Source: Cytophagales bacterium
GTDB lineage: Bacteria; Bacteroidota; Bacteroidia; Cytophagales; Bernardetiaceae
Direction: 5' to 3'
Assembly: GCA_004293815.1 (NCBI GenBank)
Contig: RDZD01000016.1
Coordinates: 1-62,140 of the forward strand
Length of the DNA stretch: 62,140 nt
Below the pieces are notes generated by a model that made no database searches, had not been told where the DNA came from, and was given only the letters and a program-made list of their open reading frames with translations. The position numbers and the translations under genes were made by a program. Below are positions 39,037-48,776 of this stretch, piece by piece. Each line of letters opens with the position of its first letter. The first letter of the stretch is position 1.

Positions 39037-40563
39037 ATGGACAGTTGGACTTATACAATCAAACAACTTTTTTTACTTCTCGCTTCGCTTTTAATAGCTT
39101 GCTTGGCTCAGGCTCAATCAGCAGAGGGCAACAAGCTAATTTTTTTAATCGGAAAACCCAAGAGTGATGCCAACTTGCAAAGCTTTATGCAAGCCTTAGG
39201 GACTCCCAGCCCTTCTTTGAGCACTCCCCAAGCTATGGTTTATCCTGACAAAGGTGTCAAGCTGATGTTTTATAAAGATCAGCTTTTATCTAAGATTTAT
39301 CTTTTTGGAAGCAGTTTTACTGTCAATGAAACTTCCTTTAAAGCCTATCAGGGCAAACTCCCTGAACGTGTGACGTTTATTGATACTAAAGAGACCCTCA
39401 TTCTCAAGCTCGGACTCCCATCCAATGAAAAACATAAAATGTTAGAGTACAACTACTCGTTGGCCACCATGCTGTTTGTGTTTAATGGCGACCAGCTTAA
39501 ATCTAGGCTCAGTTATGTAGAAATTCGCTTCAAAAACTGCGTTGAAGGCAACTGCCAAAGTGGGAGTGGAGTTTGGCTTGACATGGACGGAAGCCGCTAT
39601 GAGGGAGGTTGGCTCAACGGCAAACGGCACGGCGATGGCAAAATTACGCTGGCAAATGGGAAAATATATGAAGGTTATTGGGAAAATGGAAAGTTTAAAG
39701 GCAAAAACTTTTTTAAAACAAACAACCTCTACGACCTGTTAGGAAAACACAAAGACAGTAAGACAGTTATAGATCTCACACAAAGCCACAAAGACGGCTA
39801 CCAAAAATTCCAGATGGCTTTTGATTATATGCGCTATGCTTTTTCGCAGGATCGTTTGCTGCTTTATTTTGATGACTATGGCTTTCTATACAAAATTCAT
39901 ATCTTTAAAATAGGTTTCAAAGATTTTTCACATGCCCTCACCAACAAAATCAAGGTGGCAGGCGATATGAGCTACGTCCACTATGTGATGGGAAAGCCCG
40001 TGCGTGAAGAAAAATCTGGCTTTGGCACTCTCTGGTACTACCGCGAAGGCAGTTATGACTTACTTATTTATTTCAACACCCGCAAAGGCATAGAAAGTAT
40101 AGAAATTAAACTCAACGACGCTTATTCTGTGCTAGATCACTCCAAAGGCTTCTGTTTAAAAGGCGACTGCCAAAACGGTACAGGCGAGCAAGTAAGTGAG
40201 GTGGGTAAATATGTGGGTAAATTCAAAGATGGCAAGTTTTCAGGCGAGGGGACTCTCTATCTCAAATCAGGTGGGGTCTATACAGGCCAGTTCCTCAACA
40301 ATAAAAAACATGGATCAGGGTCTCAGAGATGGTCTGATCAGAGCTACTACAACGGCCAGTGGGTACACGGACACATACAAGGTGAAGGAGTGATGATTTA
40401 TGCTGACAAGAGCCGTTATGAGGGACAGTGGCTTGCCGATAAAAGACACGGTGTCGGCTCTATGCTTTATCCCAACGGCGATAAGTATGTGGGCATCTGG
40501 CGTAATAATGCTCCCTCTGGCGAAGGAAAAATGTACTATGCCAAACCCATAAAACAGCCATAG
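39037..40563 (+). CDS. secreted MORN-repeat protein
   Basis: A signal peptide is followed by two blocks of MORN repeats (YEGGWLNGKRHGDGKITLANGKIYEGYWENGKF, and later YTGQFLNNKKHGSGSQRW...YEGQWLADKRHGVGSMLYPNGDKYVGIW). A non-repeat insert separates the blocks. Confidence 0.75.
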   Translation: MDSWTYTIKQLFLLLASLLIACLAQAQSAEGNKLIFLIGKPKSDANLQSFMQALGTPSPSLSTPQAMVYPDKGVKLMFYKDQLLSKIYLFGSSFTVNETSFKAYQGKLPERVTFIDTKETLILKLGLPSNEKHKMLEYNYSLATMLFVFNGDQLKSRLSYVEIRFKNCVEGNCQSGSGVWLDMDGSRYEGGWLNGKRHGDGKITLANGKIYEGYWENGKFKGKNFFKTNNLYDLLGKHKDSKTVIDLTQSHKDGYQKFQMAFDYMRYAFSQDRLLLYFDDYGFLYKIHIFKIGFKDFSHALTNKIKVAGDMSYVHYVMGKPVREEKSGFGTLWYYREGSYDLLIYFNTRKGIESIEIKLNDAYSVLDHSKGFCLKGDCQNGTGEQVSEVGKYVGKFKDGKFSGEGTLYLKSGGVYTGQFLNNKKHGSGSQRWSDQSYYNGQWVHGHIQGEGVMIYADKSRYEGQWLADKRHGVGSMLYPNGDKYVGIWRNNAPSGEGKMYYAKPIKQP

Positions 40564-40808
40564 AGGCTCTTTTAGATTATTGTGAAGTCATGCACTTTTT
40601 TTTGAATGCTTTGAGGCGATTCTTTGGGTAAGGCTTAAAAAAACTGTATTGTTATAGTTTTAAATACCTCCATAAGTCACTGATTGATAATTATTGTGCG
40701 AATCTTTGCTATATTTTTCTACTGGATTCCTTGCTTTATCTTTTTTTTGTTATAATTTGGCAAAGTTTTAGAGTATGCTCTCTATATCATTTTATGTAAA
40801 AGCTATTA

Positions 40809-43235
40809 ATGCGTTTGGGTTGTAACATCGCTGCATTCTTAATAACTCTGTCTACTTGCCTCTTATATGTGCAGGTGGGACAGGCGCAACGTCTTTCTCC
40901 AAATAAATCCATTACACAATACGGTATTGTGAACTGGGGTGTAGACAAGGGCTTGCAATCTGCCTCTGTCTTGGACATAGCCCAAACCGTAGATGGGTTT
41001 TTATGGCTTGCCACATTCGACGGAGTAGTGCGCTTTGATGGTCATCGCTTTAAAACCTACAATAAGCAGAATACCCCAGCCTTTTTGACCAATGGCGTGC
41101 AGTGCCTGACTCAAGACCATTCAGGAACAATGTGGATGGGTCTGAAAGGTGGCGGACTTATTAAATACGAAAATGGAAAATTTAGAACTAATGCTAGTGA
41201 GACTCTAGCTACAGAAACCATTTTTTCTATTTATGAAGATTTTAATGAAGAAATGTGGTTCGGAACTTTTTCTGATGTCTTTAAAACAGACAAAGAAGAA
41301 GGTACCATCACGAAAGTGGGACATGAAATAGGAATTAACAGCGAGGTAAGAGCTTTTGCAAGAGACGAAGAAGGTAGACTTTGGATAGGAAGTACCCAAA
41401 ACGGTTTGGTGGCAGTGGACAAGGACTCCCTTGGCAAGCTTCGCGGCACACCTTATATGCAAGACCATAACATCACGGCACTTCATTATATGCCCTATAA
41501 TGGGCAACTCTGGATAGGGACTGACAAAGGGCTTTATACTATAAAAACAGTAAAAGATACCAATCCTCGCCCCTTTTTGTACAACGGAGAACCCATCTCA
41601 AGCGTTACCTGTATACACGAAGACCAAAACAGAACGCTTTGGATAGGTACAGAAAAAGGCATTTATAGACTTAGGCCCAACAGAACAGACTATATTGGAA
41701 AGAAAACAGGCTTGGCAGATGACTATGTGCGCAGTCTTTTTACAGACAATGAAGGCAACCTTTGGATGGGTACAGATATTGCCGGACTCATCCAAATAAA
41801 AGATGGTAAATTCCTGACCTTCGGTACACAAAATGGCCTTTTGGACGACATTGTCCATGCAACCTCACAAGATCTAGAAGGACGGGTATGGGTGGGTACA
41901 CAATCTGGTGTGAGTGTGCTGGATCCTCATCTTCGCACTGCCACCAACATAGATTTGAGCAAGTTCTTTAAAAACCTACAAATCAGAGATATTTATTGTC
42001 ACAATGACGGCAGAGTATGGATAGCCTCCTACGGCGATGGCCTTTTAGAAATGAAAGCAGGCGCAAAGCCTATTTTATACAATGCGACCAACTCTGGCCT
42101 CAAAGAGTGCTCTGTTAGGCGTTTGCTTTACACACCAGATGGCAAGCTTTACATGGGCACAAAACGAGGGCTTTTTGTACTAGAAGAAGGTGTCATTCAA
42201 AAAGTGGATTTGTCTCAAGCCAAATCTTCAGAATACGTCATGGATTTACGCTATAGTCCTCGTTATGGCATTATAGTCAGCACCAACAACGGTGGGGTAG
42301 TAATCATAAAAAATAATGAAATAAAAACGATTAAAGAAGAAGATGGTCTAGCTGGTTCGGTAGTTTATTGTGCTTTTGAGGACAGCGAAGGCGTACTTTG
42401 GTTTGGTACCAACAACGGCCTAACGCGCTTACAGAACGCCAATGCTGCACAAATTAACGCCACCAAAGGCTTGCCCGATGATATCATTTTCCAAATTGCT
42501 GAAGATATGGCAGGCAATCTTTGGATGACTTGCAAAAGAGGTATCTTCACCATCAAAAAAAGCGATGTGGTCAAGCTGGCTGTAAATCGCCTTGATAATG
42601 TTAAGTGTAGGCTTTATGACCACAATGATGGCCTTCGTAGCACTGAGATAACCGCCAATGGAAAAATCACAAAGCTCAATGATGGTAGACTGGCCTTTGC
42701 TACTCTTAAAGGCTTGGCATTCATACACCCAGACAGCATACCAACCAACTACAATCCGCCCCAAGTGTTCATCAACTCGCTTTTTCTGGACGGAGAAGAG
42801 ATAGAGGTAAACCGCCGTAAACGGATGGAAGTAAATGATGGGTTTGGCCGATTAACAATAGAGTTTTCTGCATTGAGCTTTGCAGCACCCTCAAAAGTTA
42901 AGTTCCGCTACAAGCTAGAACCCGTTGAGCGCGAGTGGGTAGAGATAGAAAATTTACGCCATATAGATTTTACAGGACTTTCGGGCGGGGAGTATGTGTT
43001 TAAATTACAGGCCTGTAACAACGACCAGATTTGGAACGAAGCTGGTAATTCTCTAGTGATTTATATAAAACCTGTATTTTATAAAGCTTTTTGGTTTAGA
43101 GGCTTAGTAGTAATGCTTTTAGGCTTTTTGATATTCTTCATCTGGCTTTATGGTTATAAAGTGGCCGTTTTCAAAGTCAAACGAAGCCTCATAAATGCCA
43201 AATGGTATATCAAAGAGCAACAAGATGAGGCTTAA
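40809..43235 (+). CDS. two-component-regulator propeller + Y_Y_Y domain protein (periplasmic sensor module with one TM helix; no kinase or output domain)
   Basis: A signal peptide is followed by repeated propeller blades (WIGTDKGLYTI, WIGTEKGIYRL, WMGTDIAGLIQI, WVGTQSGVSVL, WFGTNNGLTRL). The Y_Y_Y region (FRYKLEPVEREWVEI...GEYVFKLQACNNDQIWNE) is followed by a TM helix. The protein ends 28 residues after the TM helix. Confidence 0.75.
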   Translation: MRLGCNIAAFLITLSTCLLYVQVGQAQRLSPNKSITQYGIVNWGVDKGLQSASVLDIAQTVDGFLWLATFDGVVRFDGHRFKTYNKQNTPAFLTNGVQCLTQDHSGTMWMGLKGGGLIKYENGKFRTNASETLATETIFSIYEDFNEEMWFGTFSDVFKTDKEEGTITKVGHEIGINSEVRAFARDEEGRLWIGSTQNGLVAVDKDSLGKLRGTPYMQDHNITALHYMPYNGQLWIGTDKGLYTIKTVKDTNPRPFLYNGEPISSVTCIHEDQNRTLWIGTEKGIYRLRPNRTDYIGKKTGLADDYVRSLFTDNEGNLWMGTDIAGLIQIKDGKFLTFGTQNGLLDDIVHATSQDLEGRVWVGTQSGVSVLDPHLRTATNIDLSKFFKNLQIRDIYCHNDGRVWIASYGDGLLEMKAGAKPILYNATNSGLKECSVRRLLYTPDGKLYMGTKRGLFVLEEGVIQKVDLSQAKSSEYVMDLRYSPRYGIIVSTNNGGVVIIKNNEIKTIKEEDGLAGSVVYCAFEDSEGVLWFGTNNGLTRLQNANAAQINATKGLPDDIIFQIAEDMAGNLWMTCKRGIFTIKKSDVVKLAVNRLDNVKCRLYDHNDGLRSTEITANGKITKLNDGRLAFATLKGLAFIHPDSIPTNYNPPQVFINSLFLDGEEIEVNRRKRMEVNDGFGRLTIEFSALSFAAPSKVKFRYKLEPVEREWVEIENLRHIDFTGLSGGEYVFKLQACNNDQIWNEAGNSLVIYIKPVFYKAFWFRGLVVMLLGFLIFFIWLYGYKVAVFKVKRSLINAKWYIKEQQDEA

Positions 43236-43401
43236 ATCAAAAGAGCTTATTGCATTAGATTTGATATACGCTGCAAAGAGCTGCACCCCAAAATTGATAA
43301 TTGCTTTATGAGGCACCGCAAGTAAAACTTGTGCTTATCAGAAAAATATACCATATTCTACGTTGAGCCTATTAAGCTTTAGGCGTAAGTCTCTAAAAAT
43401 C

Positions 43402-43442
43402 TAAGCCCGTTCCCTAAAGTCTAGGTTTAGAGAACGGGCTTA
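43402..43442. terminator. ~18-bp imperfect hairpin (TAAGCCCGTTCCCTAAAG ... GTTTAGAGAACGGGCTTA) between convergent genes; terminator
   Basis: It lies 21 bp beyond the permease stop on the minus strand. On that strand a T-rich run (ATTTTTAGAG) follows it. It also lies 167 bp after the plus-strand propeller gene. Confidence 0.6.
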
Positions 43443-43462
43443 GTTCAAATAGCATATAGAGC

Positions 43463-44914
43463 TTACTTCTGCTCTATTTTGTTTAAATTACTGTGCCTTT
43501 GGCCATATACGAAATAGACCACCACACCAATCAAAAGCCAGCCTATGGCTAACATCTGTGCCAAGTAACTAAGTTTATAAATCAAAAATAGGTTAGTGCA
43601 TATACCCAGCGTGGCAATCACAGGTAGTGCTGGCACTCTAAATCCACGCTCTAAGTTTGGCTCACGCGAGCGCAAAATCCAAACTGCGCCACAAACCATA
43701 GCAAAAGCGAAGAGTGTACCAAAACTAGTCATGTCGCCCAAGACTGTAATAGGAGTGAAGGCAGCTACTAAAGACACCACAAAGCCTACCAAAATTGTAC
43801 TTTTGTACGGTGTTTTAAAATCTGCATGAATACTTTTAAAAAACTCTGGCAATAAGCCATCTTTAGCCATTCCCAAGAAAACACGCGTTTGACCTAGCAT
43901 CATGACGAGCATTACAGAAATAAGACCAGTGGTTGCTGCTGCTGTAATGATAAAAACTGCCCAAGGCATACCAGCTTTTTCAAAAGCCGCCGCCACTGGT
44001 GCTTTGAGCGCATCACCTACAATATCTTTATAGTTAATCATGCCAGTAAGAACCAAAGAAACAGCAATATAAAGAACGGTACATATCAACAGCGAAGTGA
44101 TAATGGCAAAAGGCATATCGCGTTTTGGGTTAATGGCCTCGCCTGCTTGCGTAGATACCGCATCAAAACCGATGTAGGCAAAGAAAATAGCCGCTGCGCC
44201 ACCAAAAATACCGCCTACTCCATAGGCAGTGTGCGGTGCACCGTTCTCGCCTGGTATTTCAATGGCCTCAGGAATGAAAGGAACCCAGTTAGCTGCATCT
44301 ACAGCAAAAGCACCTACAATGATGACAAATAATACAGCAGTTACTTTCAAAACCACAATGACATTGTTAGCACCCGCGGCCTCTTTGATACCTTTAACCA
44401 AAATGGCTGTTACAACCCAAACAATAACGAAAGCTGGTAAATTTAGAGCCATATCTCCATAGCTAAAAGGATCTGTAGTTAGAACCTTGGGTAGCTCTAC
44501 GCCAAACAACTTGAGTAGCTTATTGAAGTAGCCTGACCAACTCACTGCCACTGTCATAGCTCCCATGGCGTACTCTAAAATAAGCCCCCAGCCAATAATC
44601 CATGCAAAAAGCTCACCCACTGTCCCGTAGGCATAAGCATAAGCAGACCCCTCTACGGGTAACATAGAAGCAAACTCTGCATAGCAAAGTGCTGCAAAAA
44701 TACAGGCTATGCCCGCCACAACAAACGACAAGGCCAAGGCGGGGCCAGCATGATAATGCGCAGCTGTGCCCGTTAGTACAAAAATACCGCCGCCAATGAT
44801 AGCTCCTATCCCAATGGCGGTCAGGCTCCATTTACCAAGCACCCGTTGTAAGGTGCTCTTTTTCATGTCTTCTTCAAAAGCACTTATCGGCTTTTTTCTC
44901 CACATCATACTCAT
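43463..44914 (-). CDS. APC-superfamily amino acid permease
   Basis: It has twelve TM helices. The N-terminal TAIGIGAIIGGGIFVLTG signature and overall length fit amino acid/polyamine transporters. Confidence 0.9.
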   Translation of the reverse strand: MSMMWRKKPISAFEEDMKKSTLQRVLGKWSLTAIGIGAIIGGGIFVLTGTAAHYHAGPALALSFVVAGIACIFAALCYAEFASMLPVEGSAYAYAYGTVGELFAWIIGWGLILEYAMGAMTVAVSWSGYFNKLLKLFGVELPKVLTTDPFSYGDMALNLPAFVIVWVVTAILVKGIKEAAGANNVIVVLKVTAVLFVIIVGAFAVDAANWVPFIPEAIEIPGENGAPHTAYGVGGIFGGAAAIFFAYIGFDAVSTQAGEAINPKRDMPFAIITSLLICTVLYIAVSLVLTGMINYKDIVGDALKAPVAAAFEKAGMPWAVFIITAAATTGLISVMLVMMLGQTRVFLGMAKDGLLPEFFKSIHADFKTPYKSTILVGFVVSLVAAFTPITVLGDMTSFGTLFAFAMVCGAVWILRSREPNLERGFRVPALPVIATLGICTNLFLIYKLSYLAQMLAIGWLLIGVVVYFVYGQRHSNLNKIEQK

Positions 44915-45315
44915 AAACTATACATTTTTTGTTTAGGACAAGAGTAAAAATTTTTGAATCACCAAGAAATTGCCCAAAAACACTCTGTCAGGTTAGTTGT
45001 AGGGTTAAAAAAATCTGCATCAAACATAATGCTTTATTTATTGCAAAGCGTTTTTGAACAACTTTTTTTTTGGTAAAATCCTCTTTTTACCAACATTTAT
45101 TTTGCAATCGTTGCACTCAGCAACTAAAATCTCAGTATAATTTTGTATTAGTTCTCAAATTTTATTTAATTTACCCATTAACTGAGTGCAACTCTCTTGT
45201 TGTGTTTTTTGTCTTCATACCAAAATTGATTGCTCAATTTTTCGGAAAATATTTTACCACTCAGGCACTTACATACCATATTATTTTTGTCCTTATCTGT
45301 TTAAAACGACCCAAC

Positions 45316-45852
45316 ATGTTCAAATCATTCAGAATACCGACTGGACTCCTGCTTTTAATGCTAGTTTTTTCCACGTTTTGCTGTTCTCAAGTTGAACCAA
45401 ACGTATTTTCGGCTTGTTATAGGCCTGTTTACATGAAACTTGAGGAAGTAAAAACTATTCGTATGGAAGCACCCAAAGCGATGCTTTCTGCTGATAAGAT
45501 TTACTACAAAGACAACTACATATTCATCTGTGAAAGAAGCAAAGGAATTCATGTTTTGGATAACAAAGACCCTAAAAACCCTGTTCAAGTTTGCTTTTTG
45601 AGGATTCCTGGCAGTCAAGACGTGGCTATAAAAGGCAATATTTTGTATGCAGATAATTACAAAGATCTCGTATCCATAGATATCAGTAATATCAAGGAAC
45701 CTAAAGTACTCAGCAGAACGGAGAATGTATTCAATGTACCACAGTACCCTCCGCACGGCAATGTAAAATTTGAGTGCCCTAATCCCCAAAAAGGAATACT
45801 TGTAGGTTGGGAAGAAATCCCTTTAAACAGCAAAGTGGATTGTTTCCGTTAA
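45316..45852 (+). CDS. LVIVD-repeat lipoprotein (2 repeats)
   Basis: A signal peptide with Cys (FSTFCCSQ) is followed by two LVIVD-type repeats (YIFICERSKGIHVLDNKDPKNP, ILYADNYKDLVSIDISNIKEPK). Confidence 0.6.
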   Translation: MFKSFRIPTGLLLLMLVFSTFCCSQVEPNVFSACYRPVYMKLEEVKTIRMEAPKAMLSADKIYYKDNYIFICERSKGIHVLDNKDPKNPVQVCFLRIPGSQDVAIKGNILYADNYKDLVSIDISNIKEPKVLSRTENVFNVPQYPPHGNVKFECPNPQKGILVGWEEIPLNSKVDCFR

Positions 45853-45908
45853 AAAAGTCTTGAAGTCAATTTTTAAAAAATTTATACTCAATAAATCTCT
45901 AAAAAAAC

Positions 45909-46697
45909 ATGAACTCATTCATAAAAAACATCAGAGCAACGGTCATGTTGGCCTTTCTACTAGGCTCATTGGCAGCTTGCGATTCGCAAGGAGAAGGAGA
46001 CTACATGAGCCCACCTGAGCGAAGCGACAACACAGGAGAAGCTGGCTCTATGGCGCGTTTTGGCCTTTCTGGCAACCAGCTTTATGTAGTTGGCAATGAC
46101 AATCTTAGATATTTTGATATCAGTGATCCCCGAAAACCTGTTTTTCAAAATACTATCAATCTTCCTGATGGTGTAGAAACTATTTTTCCTTATGGTAATC
46201 ATTTATTTCTGGGTACTATGAATGGGGTTATTATCATGAATATATCCAACCCTTTGGCTCCCATTATATCAAGCACATATAGCCATGTCACGTCTTGTGA
46301 CCCTGTGGTGGTGCAAAATAACTATGCCTATGTAACCATGCGCAACGGTACTGCTTGTAACCGAGGTATCAATCGCTTAGAGGTGTTAGATGTCGGCGCG
46401 CCTTGGGAACCATCTATGATAAATAGCATGGCGATGATTAACCCACACGGTTTGGGTGTTGAGGGGTCTCAACTCTTTGTTTGCGAGGGTGCTTCAGGTC
46501 TAAAGGCATTTGATATATCTACTCCTTACAAGCCTAAGATGGTTCAATTATTAAATGGCTTTGATGCCTTTGACTTGATTGTGGACAATGGTCTTTTGAT
46601 GGTTATAGGCAAAACAGGGCTGATGCAGTTTCAATACGACACAAGCCCTCAAGCACCCAATATGCGTTTGGTAAGCCGTATCAACATTGGTTCTTAA
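45909..46697 (+). CDS. LVIVD-repeat lipoprotein (about 4 repeats)
   Basis: A lipobox (LGSLAACD) is followed by four LVIVD-type repeats (LYVVGNDNLRYFDISDPRKP, LFLGTMNGVIIMNISNPLAP, AYVTMRNG...LEVLDVGAPWEP, LFVCEGASGLKAFDISTPYKP). Confidence 0.65.
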   Translation: MNSFIKNIRATVMLAFLLGSLAACDSQGEGDYMSPPERSDNTGEAGSMARFGLSGNQLYVVGNDNLRYFDISDPRKPVFQNTINLPDGVETIFPYGNHLFLGTMNGVIIMNISNPLAPIISSTYSHVTSCDPVVVQNNYAYVTMRNGTACNRGINRLEVLDVGAPWEPSMINSMAMINPHGLGVEGSQLFVCEGASGLKAFDISTPYKPKMVQLLNGFDAFDLIVDNGLLMVIGKTGLMQFQYDTSPQAPNMRLVSRINIGS

Positions 46698-46716
46698 AAA
46701 TAATTTCCTAGATTTT

Positions 46717-47439
46717 ATGAAAAAAATTGCTAATATTTTAACGTGTATTGCTCTGGTTTGTGGGTTTGTTTACGAGAATGCACAGGCCAGTGTGGGTGAT
46801 TCTACAGCCAAAGACAGCACTGGCGTTGCAAAAATAGTGTCAGGAAAGAACCTGCGAGCCATTCTATTTGTGTCTCCTATGGCTCATTTAAATTCTCGAA
46901 GCCCTGCAGTATTGCAGATAGGTGTGGAAAGACCTATAAGCAAATACGGTTCTTTGCTTTTTGAGGCGGGTTTTCTGCGGGGCAATAGCCGCATGCGCCG
47001 TTATGATACACATGTTAAGTATGGTGCTAGGCTCAGGGCGGAGTCACGCACATATATGCAGCCTATTCACGTCAAACAGCGCAGATGTAGATCTTTTTTA
47101 GGTTTAGACATGACTTTCAAGCACATGCGTCTTAATGACTGGGACGAAATTGTACCGGTAGAATCTGACCCTGACAGACTTGGCCATGAATACTTAATGA
47201 CCGTCTGGACGAGAGACTATGACACTCTTTTAGCTTTAGCATTTAAGCAAGGTGTACAGTATCAGTTCGATACGCAATTGCCTATTTTCCGAAATTTGGC
47301 GGTTGATTTTGAATGGGGGTTGGGAGCAGCCTATTTCTTTAATGGCTCAAAGCGAGGTTTTGGGCTTTTTAGAGATGCTGAGAATAAATCAGTACTTTAC
47401 GGCTCACTTGAGTTCAGAATAGGTTATATCCTTCGGTAG
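46717..47439 (+). CDS. hypothetical secreted protein, possible small outer-membrane beta-barrel
   Basis: A signal peptide is followed by alternating hydrophobic strands. The C-terminus ends in an aromatic-rich strand (LEFRIGYILR). The OMP assignment is tentative. Confidence 0.35.
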   Translation: MKKIANILTCIALVCGFVYENAQASVGDSTAKDSTGVAKIVSGKNLRAILFVSPMAHLNSRSPAVLQIGVERPISKYGSLLFEAGFLRGNSRMRRYDTHVKYGARLRAESRTYMQPIHVKQRRCRSFLGLDMTFKHMRLNDWDEIVPVESDPDRLGHEYLMTVWTRDYDTLLALAFKQGVQYQFDTQLPIFRNLAVDFEWGLGAAYFFNGSKRGFGLFRDAENKSVLYGSLEFRIGYILR

Positions 47440-47734
47440 TAGAGTGTTGTAGCAATCAAGGAGTCTATCCTACACCCAATGAGTCTGCTGATACACCTCA
47501 ATAACTGGTGGATTTTGGCAATCTTTCTATTGCAGCAGACTCTTGGTGTGAGAAGAGTAAAAAAATAATGCTTCGCTAATTTCTTTTTTGATATTCGGCA
47601 TCAATATTGCCCTTATTGATGCAAGAAATCCCATGTCCGCTAAGCTACTCACAATAACACATTTTACCAAAAATAAAAACCAAACAATGTTTAAGAACAG
47701 CAGCATATCTTATACATTTCAACAAATCAAAACC

Positions 47735-48616
47735 ATGCAACTATCTAGATTTTATTGGTTAGGACTCTTGTCGCTGTTTTTAGGCGGCTGGTATCTGGTG
47801 TTTTCTTATGCGTCGCCGCAGCCTAGCCAGACACCATATTTAGATCTCCAAACCGAAAAAAATATAGATGCTTACTTTTTGAGTGAAAATCCTCTTTCGC
47901 CACTCCAGAGTTTAGCAGCCGTGCCACAAAGAACAATGGCACTTCTCCAAACAAAAAAAGACCGCTACATTCGCTCTCAAATCAACACCCAAAATACAGA
48001 TATTTCTGATTTTGAGGCAGCTCAAAAGTTAGGCGTGTGTGCAGTAGCATGGGCGTATGCCGTTCATTATGAGCGCAGTCCTGAGAAGGAGGCCTATTTA
48101 GTTGCGGCAGAGCAGTACGCACAGCAGCTCAATTTTGCTAGCTATACCACCAATGAGCCTTCTCTAGTGGCCTCACTCAAAGATTCCCAAAATAGAAAAA
48201 ATCTCTTTTCAGCAGCTATAGACCAACTAGAAATGGTGGCTTTTCAGCTCAAAAAAGAAAAAAGAGAATATCTTTGTGCAGATGTATTGGCTGGTGCTTG
48301 GTTAGAACTTGCTTACCTACAAGTGGGTGCATACGTGTCTAGACCCAATGAGGGCATGAGACAAGAAATTATTGCCCAACAGTATGTGTTGGACGACCTA
48401 ATTTTTGCTTTGGAGCCTTATCGCGAACAACAGCATCATGGTGAGCTACTTAAAACATTAGAAAATCTCCTCAAGCTTTATCGCTCTATACCACCCCTGC
48501 CAGCTGGCTGGGAGAGTGCATCTAGCAGCAAACCTAAGCTAAACTTACAGACGGATCGCCAAATAAAAATCATATTTGATGAGTTGGTTAGTTACAGAGT
48601 AAAATGGCATTTCTAA
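47735..48616 (+). CDS. hypothetical membrane-anchored/secreted alpha-helical protein
   Basis: There is a signal peptide or anchor (MQLSRFYWLGLLSLFLGGWYLVFSYA). Alternative upstream starts lie at 47687 and 47588. Confidence 0.4.
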   Translation: MQLSRFYWLGLLSLFLGGWYLVFSYASPQPSQTPYLDLQTEKNIDAYFLSENPLSPLQSLAAVPQRTMALLQTKKDRYIRSQINTQNTDISDFEAAQKLGVCAVAWAYAVHYERSPEKEAYLVAAEQYAQQLNFASYTTNEPSLVASLKDSQNRKNLFSAAIDQLEMVAFQLKKEKREYLCADVLAGAWLELAYLQVGAYVSRPNEGMRQEIIAQQYVLDDLIFALEPYREQQHHGELLKTLENLLKLYRSIPPLPAGWESASSSKPKLNLQTDRQIKIIFDELVSYRVKWHF

Positions 48617-48776
48617 ATATCAAAGCATCATAAATTTACAAGTTGTCGCTTTGTATCCATTTGCTTATTTCCAACAGCCTTTTTATATTTGGGCGTTCAA
48701 TAATCAAAGCAAGCATACTTCGTTATGATAAACAGAATTCTATCAACTGTTTAATTATCAAGACCTCACACCACCC

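Noticed and set aside
40809-43235. Calling the kinase-less propeller/Y_Y_Y protein a pseudogene
   Set aside because: The ORF ends cleanly after a TM helix. It is followed by a strong terminator hairpin and a convergent gene. No residual kinase-like frame is visible downstream.
45316-46697. Possibility that the two LVIVD ORFs are one gene split by a frameshift or pseudogenisation
   Set aside because: The second ORF begins with its own complete lipoprotein signal peptide and lipobox (LGSLAACD) after a 56-bp spacer. The first ends on a clean stop. They are more likely two genes.
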